DNA of 64,000 nt from Planctomycetota bacterium (GCA_965223505.1 CBDCWP010000039.1:128001-192000), one strand, 5' to 3'; counted from the stretch's first letter, positions 10,422 through 20,259 are shown. Translations and numbers: made by a program. Notes: generated by a model not told the origin, from the sequence alone.

Positions 10422-11132
10422 ATGACGAGAACGATCGTCATCGCCGGTACGTTCATCCTGATCCTCGCCGGCGCCGCGTACATCGCCGTGCTGGCGATCA
10501 TCGACGACGGCGCCGAGCGGGAAGACGTCGGCGAGCGTGTCATGCAGATCCAGGTCAACGAGAAGAACGCGGTCGCGGCGTTGAGAGAGCTGGCATTCGT
10601 GCAGGCGCGACTGCACGCGTCCGGTCGCGTCGACGAAGACGGCGACGGGTACGGGGAGTACGGCGGCATTCGCGAGCTGAGCGGAGCCGTCAATGGAAGG
10701 ATGGGGCGGGCTTTGAAGCCGCCGCTTCTCGATGTGATGTGGCGCAGCACCCTCGAGGACGGCACCGCGCTGATCGGCGGCTACCGGTTCCGAGTCTTCC
10801 TGCCGGGCTCGGAGGACGCGGCCGTCGGCGAGCCCGCCGGCGGGTACGGGCGCAAGCAGGTCGATGTCGACGGCGCGGAGACGCACTGGTGCTGCTATGC
10901 GTGGCCGAACCGCTACGGGCGCAGCGGCCGCCGTTCGTTCTTCGTCAACGAGCGGGCCGAGGTGCTCGAAGCGCCGAGCGCTCGCTACTCCGGAACCGAT
11001 CCCCAGCCGAGCGCCGGCGCGGCGTTCCTCCAGATGGAGGGGCGCACGATCGAGCAGCTCGGCGACGAGCTCGCCTTGCAGAGCGCCGGGCACGACGGAC
11101 ATCACTGGCGACAGCTGTTCGAGTGGGCGTAA
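10422..11132 (+). CDS. Pilin-like paralogue lacking a class III cleavage site
   Basis: Shares NE..A.A.LR, DEDGDGYGEYGG, GYRFRVFLP, AETHWCCYAWP..YGRSGRRSFFVN with the pilins; has an N-terminal TM but no G/FTLIE. Confidence 0.75.
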   Translation: MTRTIVIAGTFILILAGAAYIAVLAIIDDGAEREDVGERVMQIQVNEKNAVAALRELAFVQARLHASGRVDEDGDGYGEYGGIRELSGAVNGRMGRALKPPLLDVMWRSTLEDGTALIGGYRFRVFLPGSEDAAVGEPAGGYGRKQVDVDGAETHWCCYAWPNRYGRSGRRSFFVNERAEVLEAPSARYSGTDPQPSAGAAFLQMEGRTIEQLGDELALQSAGHDGHHWRQLFEWA

Positions 11133-11165
11133 CCGCTGTCCGCCGCCGGGCGATGTCGCGTCGTC

Positions 11166-12248
11166 GTGGACGATGACCGCAACGCATGGATACGGCTCTC
11201 GCAGGCGCGCGGTGTGGGCGCGCACACGCTGCGCGTGCTCCTGACGCACTTCGGCTCGGCGCGCTCCGTGGTGGAAGCCGATCTCCCCGCGCTGAGCACG
11301 GGCATCGGGCCGAAGCGCGCACGTGCCCTGAAACGGTCGCTTCGCGCGGTGCGTCCCGGCGAGATCGAACGGCAAGCGGGCGATGTCGGGCAGCGCGTCC
11401 TGACGCCGTCGGACGACGGGTATCCCCACGCGGCATTCACCTCGCTGAGCGATCCGCCGTGCGCTCTCTTCGTGCGCGGCGCCCTCCCCGACGCCGGGAC
11501 GCCTGCCGTCGCGCTCGTCGGCACGCGCGAGGCGACCCGCTACGGGCTCGAAAACGCGCGCACGCTTGCCGAAGACCTCGCTCGCGCCGGCTGCTGGATC
11601 GTGAGCGGGTTCGCATTGGGCGTCGACGCTGCCGCACACGCCGGCGCGCTCGCCGGCGGCGGTCGCACCCTGGCCGTGCTCGGCTGCGGCGTCGACGTCG
11701 CGTACCCGGCGGCGCACGCCGACCTGAAGGAGGAGATCGTCGAACGCGGCGGATGCTGCAGCGAGCATCCCCCCGGTGTCGAGCCGCAACGGTGGCACTT
11801 TCCCATGCGCAACCGCCTGGTCGCTGCGCTATCCGACGCCACCGTCGTGATCGAGGCGCCGCACAAGAGCGGGGCCCTCATCACCGCCCAGCTGGCCGTC
11901 GAGTGCGGGCGCGAGGTGCTTGCCGTGCCCGGTCACGTACGTCGCCGTGCGCAGCGTGGATGCCATGGGCTCATCAAGCGCGGGGCCGCTGCGTTGTGCG
12001 AAGGCGCGGCGGACGTGCTCGAGGCCCTGGGGCTCGAGCGCGAGGGGGCCGATCGGCCGACCGTGGCATCCCTCGAGGGCCCTGCGCGCGTCGTCTGGGA
12101 GGCGCTCGACTGGGACCAGGCCGTGGAGTCGAACGCGCTCTGCCGCGCCACGGGTCTCGCGGCGCACGAGGTCGCCGAGGTGCTGACGCTGCTCGAGCTC
12201 GACGGCCGGGTACGGCGAACCCCCGGTGTCGGCTACACGCGGCTATGA
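11166..12248 (+). CDS. dprA: DNA-processing protein DprA/Smf
   Basis: VALVGTR, IVSGFALGVDAAAH, FPMRNRLVAALS, SGALITA, and a C-terminal winged helix (LLELDG). Confidence 0.95.
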   Translation: MDDDRNAWIRLSQARGVGAHTLRVLLTHFGSARSVVEADLPALSTGIGPKRARALKRSLRAVRPGEIERQAGDVGQRVLTPSDDGYPHAAFTSLSDPPCALFVRGALPDAGTPAVALVGTREATRYGLENARTLAEDLARAGCWIVSGFALGVDAAAHAGALAGGGRTLAVLGCGVDVAYPAAHADLKEEIVERGGCCSEHPPGVEPQRWHFPMRNRLVAALSDATVVIEAPHKSGALITAQLAVECGREVLAVPGHVRRRAQRGCHGLIKRGAAALCEGAADVLEALGLEREGADRPTVASLEGPARVVWEALDWDQAVESNALCRATGLAAHEVAEVLTLLELDGRVRRTPGVGYTRL

Positions 12249-12575
12249 CGCGGGATAGACGAGATCGAATTCGGGTGAGCCCGTGATCGGCCACAACACC
12301 GCGAAGTGGTGGAGGAGATCCGAGACGATCAGCGCGATGCCGACGACGTACAGCAGGTTGCGCGGGCCGGACCTAGCCGAGATCCACAGCGCTACGAGGA
12401 TCATCACGACTCCCACGTAGCCGTGGTGGATGCGCAACCCGAACGTCAGCTTCGAGACGAACGTCGTGTCACGCGTCGACTGAAGGTCGAGACCGAAGCG
12501 GAACGCCATCGTGATCAGCTCGATGACGACGGCGAGGACGAGTCCCCAGCGCACGATGCCCTTGCGGTCGAGCAT
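12243..12575 (-). CDS. Hypothetical membrane protein
   Basis: Three hydrophobic segments with RIHHGYVG and SDLLHHF motifs. Confidence 0.6.
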   Translation of the reverse strand: MLDRKGIVRWGLVLAVVIELITMAFRFGLDLQSTRDTTFVSKLTFGLRIHHGYVGVVMILVALWISARSGPRNLLYVVGIALIVSDLLHHFAVLWPITGSPEFDLVYPAS

Positions 12576-12609
12576 GGCGCAGCGGTTCAGTGTCCCTCGC
12601 AGCACGAGC

Positions 12610-12798
12610 TCAACCCGAGAAGAAGTGTGCGATGAGATGAATGACGATCCCGACGCCGACGACACCGATGCTGAGCGCGACGAATGCGTGCAGGATCGAT
12701 CCCGGCAGCTTCCTGGGGGACTCCGTCCCGGCGCTGCCCAACACCATCGCGACGCCCAGCATGATGGGCGGGAACCAGATCAGGTCGCCCCAGCTCAC
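12610..12798 (-). CDS. Small two-TM hypothetical protein
   Basis: 62 aa with two hydrophobic helices; its start overlaps the upstream gene's stop. Confidence 0.55.
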   Translation of the reverse strand: MSWGDLIWFPPIMLGVAMVLGSAGTESPRKLPGSILHAFVALSIGVVGVGIVIHLIAHFFSG

Positions 12799-13382
12799 GA
12801 CTCCTCCCCTTCGAACATCGGCGGTGGGTCATCGGGGGCGGAGAGATCCACGACGTCGGCGTCGAGACGCGCTTCGGCTTCGCGTCGCGCGGCCGCGGCG
12901 CGCCGGCGCTCGAACTGGCGCAGCGCCTCGACCTCGGCGTTGTGCACCTGGGCGTCGGTGAGTGCGTCCGAGATCGCCACCGCGTTGAGCAGTCCGGCGA
13001 CGGCGACATACAGCCGGCCGACCTCGAAGTACGGGTAGTAGCTCCCTTCCGTCGTGATGCTCTCCGTGAGGAGGAGCGTCAGCGCCGTCGGCCCGCCGGC
13101 AAACACGTGCGCGGCGAACTCGAGCGTGTACGTATCCGGGTTCACGCACGAAAACCCCGTGAGGGCGAGCCCCCAGAAGTAGAGGCCGCCGATCGCGATG
13201 AGCATCATCAGCGCCTTGTCGGGACGGCCCACGACGATCTGGCCCAGGCCCGGGACGGCCCAGCCGAGCAGCCCGACCAGCAGCGGCGGCCGGCGCCTCG
13301 GAATGGGAGAGGCGGGCAGCCAGCTCCCCCGGTCGTCGGGCTCATCTGCCGTCGTGAGGTCGCTGGGCTCGGCGTAGTCCAT
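12795..13382 (-). CDS. Membrane protein (DUF6677-like)
   Basis: LGWAVPGLGQ...KA and LYVAVAGLLNAVAISDA motifs. Confidence 0.65.
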   Translation of the reverse strand: MDYAEPSDLTTADEPDDRGSWLPASPIPRRRPPLLVGLLGWAVPGLGQIVVGRPDKALMMLIAIGGLYFWGLALTGFSCVNPDTYTLEFAAHVFAGGPTALTLLLTESITTEGSYYPYFEVGRLYVAVAGLLNAVAISDALTDAQVHNAEVEALRQFERRRAAAARREAEARLDADVVDLSAPDDPPPMFEGEES

Positions 13383-13433
13383 CTGACGCGAGATTATCGA
13401 CGCGCCCCGGCGGCACCCCCGGATAATCCCTGC

Positions 13434-13898
13434 ATGAGCGATGCGGGGCCCGGCAACGAGACGTCCATTCGGGTGCGGTACTGCGAAGTCGACCGCATGG
13501 GCTTCCTGCACCACGGGCACTACCTCGCCTACTTCGAGGAAGGCCGGACCGAACTCATGCGTTCGCTGGGGGTTACGTACCGCGAGGTCGAAGACGCGGG
13601 GACGTTGCTCGTCGTCGTCGAATCGGGTGTGCGACACCGTCAGCCCGCGCGCTACGACGACCTGCTCACGATCCGAACGCGGCTGACCGAGGTTCGGGGT
13701 GTGCGCCTTCGTTTCGACTACCACGTCATGCGTGACGACGACCTGCTGGCGACCGGTCACACGGTGCTGGCTGCGACGGACACCCAGGGGCGTCCGCGCA
13801 GGCTGCCTGCCGACCTGCGCGGCAGAATGGGGGCCGTCACGCCCGCCGCATCGACCCGCAAGGACCAGCCCGCGCCGAACGTCCAAGGCACGTCATGA
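13434..13898 (+). CDS. Acyl-CoA thioesterase, YbgC/4HBT hot-dog family
   Basis: RVRYCEVDRMGFLHHGHYLAYFEEGR and PARYDDLL. Confidence 0.9.
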   Translation: MSDAGPGNETSIRVRYCEVDRMGFLHHGHYLAYFEEGRTELMRSLGVTYREVEDAGTLLVVVESGVRHRQPARYDDLLTIRTRLTEVRGVRLRFDYHVMRDDDLLATGHTVLAATDTQGRPRRLPADLRGRMGAVTPAASTRKDQPAPNVQGTS

Positions 13899-14884
13899 CC
13901 TACCGAATCTCCGCTTCCGTCGCGCTGGCCGCCGTCCTGCTGCTCTGCGCCTGCAATCAGACTCCCAGGTCGGGCGCGCCGACCGACACCGCCAAGGCGC
14001 CGGCCGGTCCCGGGCTCAGTCCGACCGATCCCCTGATGACCCGCTTCAAGCGTGTCGATCTGCGGTTGCGTGACTGGGAAGACGCGACGGCGGGCGGCCA
14101 AGTCGTCAAGGCGGACCTGCTCGCGCAGCAGCTGCGTCAGGACGTTGACGGCGCCTACGCCGCCTTCGTCGAGGCGGCCGAAGGGAAGCGCGGCGCCGAG
14201 CTCCAGTACCTGGCGACGAGCGCGCTCGCGTTCGCGTCCGATCCCGGGGCGACCCAGATCGTGCTCGCGAGGATCGGTGAGCGCGATGCGACGCTCGCCG
14301 CCAACGCGTTGGTGGCGCTCAAGGTGCGAGCGGATCCCAACACGCCTCTCGAGCCGATCCTGCGGCTCGTCTCGCCGCGCACGCCGACGTTGCCGCGACG
14401 CTACGCCCCGCTCGCGCTCGCGAACGTTCTCGAGGCGAAGCGCGCGGCGGGCGCGCCAGCCGATGCCGAGCTGAGCGCGCGGGCGTTGCAGGCGCTCTCC
14501 CGCATCTCGAGCGACAGCGACGCATTCGTTCGCCTGCATGCGGCGAAAGCGCTCGGCGCTCTGCGCATGCCCGCCGCGTACGACAGCCTCGTCCTGCTCG
14601 CAAACGACGAGGACATGCAGATTCGTCTCGCGGCGGCCGCGGCGTTCGAACGGTCGGCGGATCCGCGCGGGTTTCCCGAGGTCGTGCGTCTGTTGCACGA
14701 CGTCGAGCCCCAGTCGAAGTCGCTCATTCGGGACGTGCTCACGTCGTACGGTCAACGGCTGCCGAACAGCACGCTCACCGAGGCACAGGCCCAGGGCTTC
14801 GGCGTCAGCCCGGCCGCGTGGAGCCGGTGGTTCTCCCAATATCAGGCCCAGATGGGCATTCGGGTGTCCGGACGAGGGACATAG
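13895..14884 (+). CDS. HEAT-repeat lipoprotein
   Basis: Lipobox LCAC; repeats VRLHAAKALG and IRLAAAAAF; W..W tail. Confidence 0.75.
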   Translation: MTYRISASVALAAVLLLCACNQTPRSGAPTDTAKAPAGPGLSPTDPLMTRFKRVDLRLRDWEDATAGGQVVKADLLAQQLRQDVDGAYAAFVEAAEGKRGAELQYLATSALAFASDPGATQIVLARIGERDATLAANALVALKVRADPNTPLEPILRLVSPRTPTLPRRYAPLALANVLEAKRAAGAPADAELSARALQALSRISSDSDAFVRLHAAKALGALRMPAAYDSLVLLANDEDMQIRLAAAAAFERSADPRGFPEVVRLLHDVEPQSKSLIRDVLTSYGQRLPNSTLTEAQAQGFGVSPAAWSRWFSQYQAQMGIRVSGRGT

Positions 14885-14963
14885 CGCGGATCTGGGCTAG
14901 TCTCCCTGCGGTCGGGCCACCGAGGCGCGGCATGGTGTGGACTGGGCTCCGAGAGAAAACCGC

Positions 14964-15455
14964 ATGCGTTCGCTACCCTTCGTCGTGCTCGGCCTGAGCA
15001 CGCTCCTGCTCTGCGCCCCGGCCGAAGCGCGGTCGGCGCTCGTCGGCAAGAAGGCGCCCGAGATCTCCCTCAGCGGCGGCGTGCACGGCGTTTCGTCGCG
15101 CACGACGATGGCGGCGCAAAAGGGACACCCGGTGCTGGTGGTGTTCTGGAATCCGGGCTGACCCCGCTGCAAGCCCCACATGCCGCTGGTCCAGCGGCTG
15201 CACGACCGGTACGGAAAGCGCGGACTCAAGACGATCGCGATCGCGTCGGTTTCCCGCGAAAAGGTCGCGCGGGAGATGCGCCGGCGCCGCTACGACTTCG
15301 GCGCGGGCGTGGACACGTCGGGCGTCACCCAGCGCCGCTGGAAGATCGGCAAGTATCCGGTGACGTTCATCGTCGGCTGTGACGGCAAGGTCAAGCCGCT
15401 CGTCGGCGGGCGTTGGTCCACGACCATCGAGTCCGAGCTCAAGAAGATGAAGTAG
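14964..15455 (+). CDS. Secreted TlpA/AhpC-like thioredoxin-fold selenoprotein (UxxC)
   Basis: Two ORFs in the same frame are separated only by TGA 15159-15161. Read-through gives signal peptide, VGKKAPEI, VLVVFWNPG-U-PRCKPHMP and a cis-Pro motif YPVTFIVG..DGKV. Confidence 0.85.
15182..15198 (+). promoter_or_regulatory. Putative bacterial SECIS element
   Basis: Perfect stem GCCGCTG/CAGCGGC capped by (G)GTC, starting 20 nt after the in-frame TGA. Confidence 0.65.
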
Positions 15456-15464
15456 GTTTTCGGC

Positions 15465-15506
15465 GGGGGTCGGGTTCCGGGATCGGGTTTCGGGATCGGG
15501 ATCGGG
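15465..15506 (+). repeat. Degenerate (NTCGGG)n G-rich tract between convergent genes
   Basis: GGGGGTCGGGTTCCGGGATCGGGTTTCGGGATCGGGATCGGG; seven runs of at least 3 G. Confidence 0.7.
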
Positions 15507-15508
15507 CC

Positions 15509-17782
15509 CTACAACACACCCACAGGATCGACGTCCCACGTCTCCTCGACACCGCCACGCGGCCGCTTGGCCGCGCGAAGCGCCCGCAACACCATCGCAA
15601 TCTCACGATGGTCCGGCGCCTTGATCAACAGATGGCGCCGTACACGACCCTGGACCCGCTCGATCGGCGGCACCGCCGGTCCGAGAATCTGCGTCGCCGG
15701 CGTCGCCGTTCGAACGACCAATCGACACGTCTCGTCTGCCCGTCGGACGACCTCCCGCTCGTTCTTGCCGCGCACGACGACACGCAGCAGTCGCGCGAAC
15801 GGCGCGTAGCCGAACTGCTTGCGCTCCTGGAGCTCGTGCGCCGCGAACGCGTCGAAGTCCTGGTCCGCCGCCAAGCGAATCGCGGGATGCTCCGGCAGAT
15901 TCGTTTGTACGACGACGCGCCCACTGCGCTTGCCGCGGCCCGCGCGACCTGCGACCTGCGCGACGAGGGAGAACGTACGCTCCGCGGAACGGAAGTCCGG
16001 TAGCGCCAATGCCGTATCCGCCGAGATGATGCCCACCAGCGTCACGCCCGGGAAGTCCAGGCCCTTCGCGATCATCTGGGTCCCGACCAACACGTCGATC
16101 TCGCGACGTCCGAACCGGCCGAGTACGTCCTCGTACGCCTCGCGCGTCGCCATGGTGTCGGAGTCCATGCGCGCGATACGCGCCTTCGGAAACAGATGCG
16201 CGATCTCGTCTTCGACCGTCTGCGTGCCCACACCTTGGAGTCGAAGCGACGGAAACGCGCAGTCGGGACATGCCGGAGGCACCTTCGACTCGTGCCCGCA
16301 GAGGTGACACAGCGCCAGCGCGTCCGAGCGGTGGTACGTGAGGGCGACGTCGCACTGCTTGCAGTTGACGACGAAGCCGCAGCGCCGGCACGCGACGCTC
16401 GTCGCGAAGCCGCGACGGTTCTGCAACAGGATCACCTGGCCGCGCGTGCGCAGCGCTTCGCTCACGCGCACCTCGAGCGTGCGTCCGATGTAGCGCAGTG
16501 CCGTTCCCTGGCTTGGATCGAGGCGCCGTCCGGCGCGCTCGTCTTCCTGGCGCATGTCCACGATCTGAACAGAGGGCGGCTCGCGCCCGGGTACCCGCCG
16601 GGTCATGCGCAGGAGCGCGTAGCGGCCCTTCAGCGCATGCCGATAGGTCTCCAGCGAGGGCGTGGCCGTGCCCAGCACGACGACGGCGCCGGTGTCGCGC
16701 GCGCGCAGCAGGCCGACGTCCCGCGCGTGGTAGCGCGGTGCGTTCTGCTGCTTGAACGACGTCTCGTGCTCTTCGTCGACGACGATGAGGCCCAGGCGCG
16801 GCACCGGCGCGAAGATCGCGCTGCGCGGGCCGATCACGACATCCGCTTCGCCCGCGCGAATGCGCTTCCACGCCCGTGCGCGATCCGCCTCGGTCATCGC
16901 CGAGTGCAGGACCGCCACGCGCTCGAACCGCGCCCGGAAGCGGCGCACGGTCTGCGGTGTGAGCGCGATCTCCGGAACGAGCACGACGGCCTGCCGGCCC
17001 TGCGCGCGGCAGGACTCGATCGCCTGGAGGTAGACCTCGGTCTTGCCGGAGCCCGTGATGCCGAGCAGGAGGAACGGCGCGTAGGCGCGCTGCTCGAGGG
17101 CGGCCTCGAGCGCCTCGACGGCGACGCGCTGCTCCTCCGTGAGGCGGTGCGGCTTCGCTCGTTCCGCCGACGCCTCCGCGGCGTCGACGAGCGCGTCTTC
17201 GTCGGCGCGCTCTCTCTCCAGGTCGACGAGTCCGCGCTTGGCGAGGGTGTGAATCGGGCTCGGCGAGACGTGCGCGCGGCGGCACAGCTCCGCCAGGACG
17301 AAGCCCTCGGGGAACTTTCGAAGCCAACGCAACACGCGCTCCTGCGCGTCGTTCGTCCCGGCGGGTGCTTCGGTGGCATCCGTTGCGAGCGTGACCCGGA
17401 TGCGAACGGCGCCCTTGCCGCGCATGCGAACGCCCCGCGGCACCATCGCGGCGAGCGCTTCCCCGAGCGACGTTCCGTAGTAGCGCGCGACGAAACGGCC
17501 GAGTGACAGCAGCGCTTCGTCGAGGAGCGGCTCGGTGTCCGGCGCTTCCAGGACGTCGAGGATCCCGGCGACCGGCGGTTGGCTTTGCAGCTCCGCGACG
17601 ATGCCGGTGAGCTGACGGCGTCGGAACGGGACGGTGACCCGATGGCCGACGCGGGCGTTCGCCGTCAACGCGGTCGGAACGCGATACGTGAAGAGCCGGT
17701 CGACGGGGATGTCGAGTGCCACGCCGACGTACGTCGCCGCGGGCGCGTCCACGGGACGCGTCTCGGTGGCGGGCTTCTTCAC
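15509..17782 (-). CDS. priA: Primosomal protein N' (replication restart helicase)
   Basis: FTY.VP, GITGSGKTEVY, VPEIALTPQ, DEEHE, NRRGF, two Zn-finger Cys clusters, GTQMIAKGLDFP, QVAGRAGR; GTG start inferred. Confidence 0.95.
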   Translation of the reverse strand: MKKPATETRPVDAPAATYVGVALDIPVDRLFTYRVPTALTANARVGHRVTVPFRRRQLTGIVAELQSQPPVAGILDVLEAPDTEPLLDEALLSLGRFVARYYGTSLGEALAAMVPRGVRMRGKGAVRIRVTLATDATEAPAGTNDAQERVLRWLRKFPEGFVLAELCRRAHVSPSPIHTLAKRGLVDLERERADEDALVDAAEASAERAKPHRLTEEQRVAVEALEAALEQRAYAPFLLLGITGSGKTEVYLQAIESCRAQGRQAVVLVPEIALTPQTVRRFRARFERVAVLHSAMTEADRARAWKRIRAGEADVVIGPRSAIFAPVPRLGLIVVDEEHETSFKQQNAPRYHARDVGLLRARDTGAVVVLGTATPSLETYRHALKGRYALLRMTRRVPGREPPSVQIVDMRQEDERAGRRLDPSQGTALRYIGRTLEVRVSEALRTRGQVILLQNRRGFATSVACRRCGFVVNCKQCDVALTYHRSDALALCHLCGHESKVPPACPDCAFPSLRLQGVGTQTVEDEIAHLFPKARIARMDSDTMATREAYEDVLGRFGRREIDVLVGTQMIAKGLDFPGVTLVGIISADTALALPDFRSAERTFSLVAQVAGRAGRGKRSGRVVVQTNLPEHPAIRLAADQDFDAFAAHELQERKQFGYAPFARLLRVVVRGKNEREVVRRADETCRLVVRTATPATQILGPAVPPIERVQGRVRRHLLIKAPDHREIAMVLRALRAAKRPRGGVEETWDVDPVGVL

Positions 17783-17790
17783 GCCGGAGT

Positions 17791-19308
17791 TTACGGCGTG
17801 CGGCCGACCACCGCGGCTTCGAGCCGCAGGAGCTTGCCGTCCGTCCACAGCGCGCCGCGAATCGCGCCGCCGCCAAGGACCGAGAGCATCCCGCCCTCCT
17901 GCACGGCCTTGCCCAGGATCTTCTCGGCGCGCGCCCGGTCCATGTAGAACGCCGCGACCAGCCGCAGTCCCTCCGTCGGCGGGGTGGGGGGCGCGAATCG
18001 CGGGTTCGTGGCCAGGTGCGTTCGAAAGCGTTCGAGCGCCTTCTTCGCCGACTGGCCGTAGGTCAAGACGCTCAGCTCGTTCGTCGTGGCGTGCTCGATC
18101 GACCCTTCGGGCGACGTCCGGTCGCGTCCCGTGTCGATGACCGTGAACGGCGCCGCGCCGGAAGGGAGCGCCATCGTCGCGCCGGGTTCCGGGATGTCCC
18201 CCAGCGTGTCGCGCAGCGGGGCGAGCGACGGCGTCGCGATGCCCACCGTCAGTGCGTACACGGCGTCGCCACTCTGACGTTCGCCCCAGATGAGCAGGCC
18301 GTCGTCGCCCTCGCCCGCTTGCGTCAGCGACTGGAGGGCGAGCGTCTCGGCATCGCCCGCGGTGATCACCGGGAAGTCGACGCCGCACGAGTAGAGCGTG
18401 CTCGAAAGAACGGCGCGCGAGACGGCATCGGGAACGTACAGCCAGACGTGCGCGTCGGCCGGAGGCGCCGGCACGAGGCCGGTCGGCGAAGGCGCTTCGT
18501 GAAGGGCCTTCAGCGCCTGGTTGACGAAGAACCTCGGCGAACGGGTCGGCTCGAGCTCGACACGCACGCGCCCCTGTTCCCGCCACGCCCACATGCGGGC
18601 GAGCGACCACGAGTCGCGCAGCCGGCGCACGCGGGCGGAGCTCGGGATCGGCGCGTCCTCTCCGGCCCGGCTCTTCAACGCCGCGGCGGCGACCTCGTCG
18701 AGGTCGACCCCGAATGCCTCGAGCAGCGGACGCCATGGCAGCTGCCGCGCCGACCGCATGGCGAGATCCACGAGTGCGGGAATGCGCGCGATGACGGCGA
18801 AGTCCTCGTCGCCGGGCGGAATGGAGATCCCGCCGGTGCCCATGCGGCGCACGGCGTCGCGGACGTGCGAGACGCCGGCCCAGTCGCCCTGGATCTCCAG
18901 GTATTGCGCATGGCGGATGTAGCCCTGCTCGATCTTCCGAAGGTCGTTGAACTCGGCTTCGAACGCGTCGGCGTCATCCAGGGGGAAGGTCACCATGGAC
19001 GCGTCGAGCCGACCGCGCGGCGGAATGAGGAGCCAGTGGATCGGCTTCTCGGGATCCACCCCGTTCAGCCGGGGCACGTTGCGGTCGCGCGCCATGATCG
19101 AGATCGGCAGCGGGACCGTCGGGCCGCGCGGGCCCGGGAAGAGGTCGTTGAGCGCGGCCGCGTTGCGGAATCGCCAGGTCAGGATGGTGTCCTCGGGCGG
19201 CAGCTCCTCGATGCTCGGCTTCCCGCGCACGGCGGGCTGAATGAAGAAGTAGAGCAAACCCAGGATCAGCGGGGCGAGGATCCAAAGGGCGGGAGGCGGG
19301 CGGCGCAT
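17791..19308 (-). CDS. Hypothetical membrane-anchored protein
   Basis: N-terminal TM (ALWILAPLILGLLYFFI); fills the gap directly upstream of priA. Confidence 0.6.
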   Translation of the reverse strand: MRRPPPALWILAPLILGLLYFFIQPAVRGKPSIEELPPEDTILTWRFRNAAALNDLFPGPRGPTVPLPISIMARDRNVPRLNGVDPEKPIHWLLIPPRGRLDASMVTFPLDDADAFEAEFNDLRKIEQGYIRHAQYLEIQGDWAGVSHVRDAVRRMGTGGISIPPGDEDFAVIARIPALVDLAMRSARQLPWRPLLEAFGVDLDEVAAAALKSRAGEDAPIPSSARVRRLRDSWSLARMWAWREQGRVRVELEPTRSPRFFVNQALKALHEAPSPTGLVPAPPADAHVWLYVPDAVSRAVLSSTLYSCGVDFPVITAGDAETLALQSLTQAGEGDDGLLIWGERQSGDAVYALTVGIATPSLAPLRDTLGDIPEPGATMALPSGAAPFTVIDTGRDRTSPEGSIEHATTNELSVLTYGQSAKKALERFRTHLATNPRFAPPTPPTEGLRLVAAFYMDRARAEKILGKAVQEGGMLSVLGGGAIRGALWTDGKLLRLEAAVVGRTP

Positions 19309-19383
19309 GAAAGTGCTCCACAGAGGCGTCGGGGAAGTTACGGCGTCGGCGATCCCCGTGCTATTCCTGCCCGTCCCTGCACG

Positions 19384-20259
19384 ATGGTACCCGGACTCAA
19401 ACGGCTGCGGCGGCACTTCGACGCCATCCTCTTCGACCTGGACGGAACGCTCCTGGACGGCCGCGGCATGCTCAACGAGCGCACGATCGACGCCGTCGGC
19501 GCGCTGGTGGAAGCTGGATTCCTCGTGATTCCGTGCACGGGCCGAAGCTTCGGCGGGACGGTTCCCACCTACAAGGCGCTCGGGCTGGACGGCCCGCTCG
19601 TCAGCTACAACGGAAACTGGATCGGCAAGCCCGACGAGCCGCCCATGCGGCACATTCCGATCCCCGATGACAGCGTGCCCCACATCGCCGCGATGGAGGA
19701 GAGCGCGCACTTCACCTTCCGGCACTTCGACGAACGCAAGTACACGTTGCTGTCGTCGCACCCCGAGCATCTGCGGGTGGCGGCCTGGTACGAGAACGTC
19801 ACGGCGACCCACGAACCGTCGGAGCTTCCGGAGAGCAACTTGATGCGCGCCAGCTTGTTCGTCGACGGCGAGCTCGCTGCGGACGAGCTGTTCGCTTCGT
19901 TGCCGGACCACGCGCGCGAGCACCTGCATCAAGAGGTGTTCCCGCTCAGCCTCTTTCCGTACTACGAGGACTCGAAGCTCGCGTTGTGCGAGCTGCAGGG
20001 CAAGTCGCGCGGCAAGGCCGAGGTCTACGAGGTGCTGTCGGAGACGTTCGGGATCCCCGCGCGCCGCGTAGCGGCATTCGGCGATCACCGCAACGACAAG
20101 TCGATGCTGGCCGGCGCGGGCCTCGCGGTGGTGCCGTCCAACGCGGCGCCCGAGGTGCGTCCGTTGGCGGACATGGTCATCGGCCACCACGCCGACGATG
20201 CCGTCGCGAAGTGGGTCGAAGCCGGCGCGCCCACGGACGGCGCGGGGATCCGTCGTTGA
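19384..20259 (+). CDS. Cof-type HAD-IIB phosphatase
   Basis: FDLDGTLL, CTGRS, SYNG, K..AFGDHRNDKSML, NA. Confidence 0.9.
   Translation: MVPGLKRLRRHFDAILFDLDGTLLDGRGMLNERTIDAVGALVEAGFLVIPCTGRSFGGTVPTYKALGLDGPLVSYNGNWIGKPDEPPMRHIPIPDDSVPHIAAMEESAHFTFRHFDERKYTLLSSHPEHLRVAAWYENVTATHEPSELPESNLMRASLFVDGELAADELFASLPDHAREHLHQEVFPLSLFPYYEDSKLALCELQGKSRGKAEVYEVLSETFGIPARRVAAFGDHRNDKSMLAGAGLAVVPSNAAPEVRPLADMVIGHHADDAVAKWVEAGAPTDGAGIRR

Noticed and set aside
15159..15161. TGA as a nonsense mutation (pseudogene) or genome-wide stop reassignment
   Set aside because: It lies exactly at the redox Cys position with a downstream hairpin, and many other genes in the window end normally in TGA; selenocysteine fits better, though this is unproven.
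17783..18736. N-terminal extension making PriA 1075 aa
   Set aside because: It overlaps the upstream gene in another frame and is Arg/Ala/Gly-rich shadow sequence; PriA homology starts near 17782.
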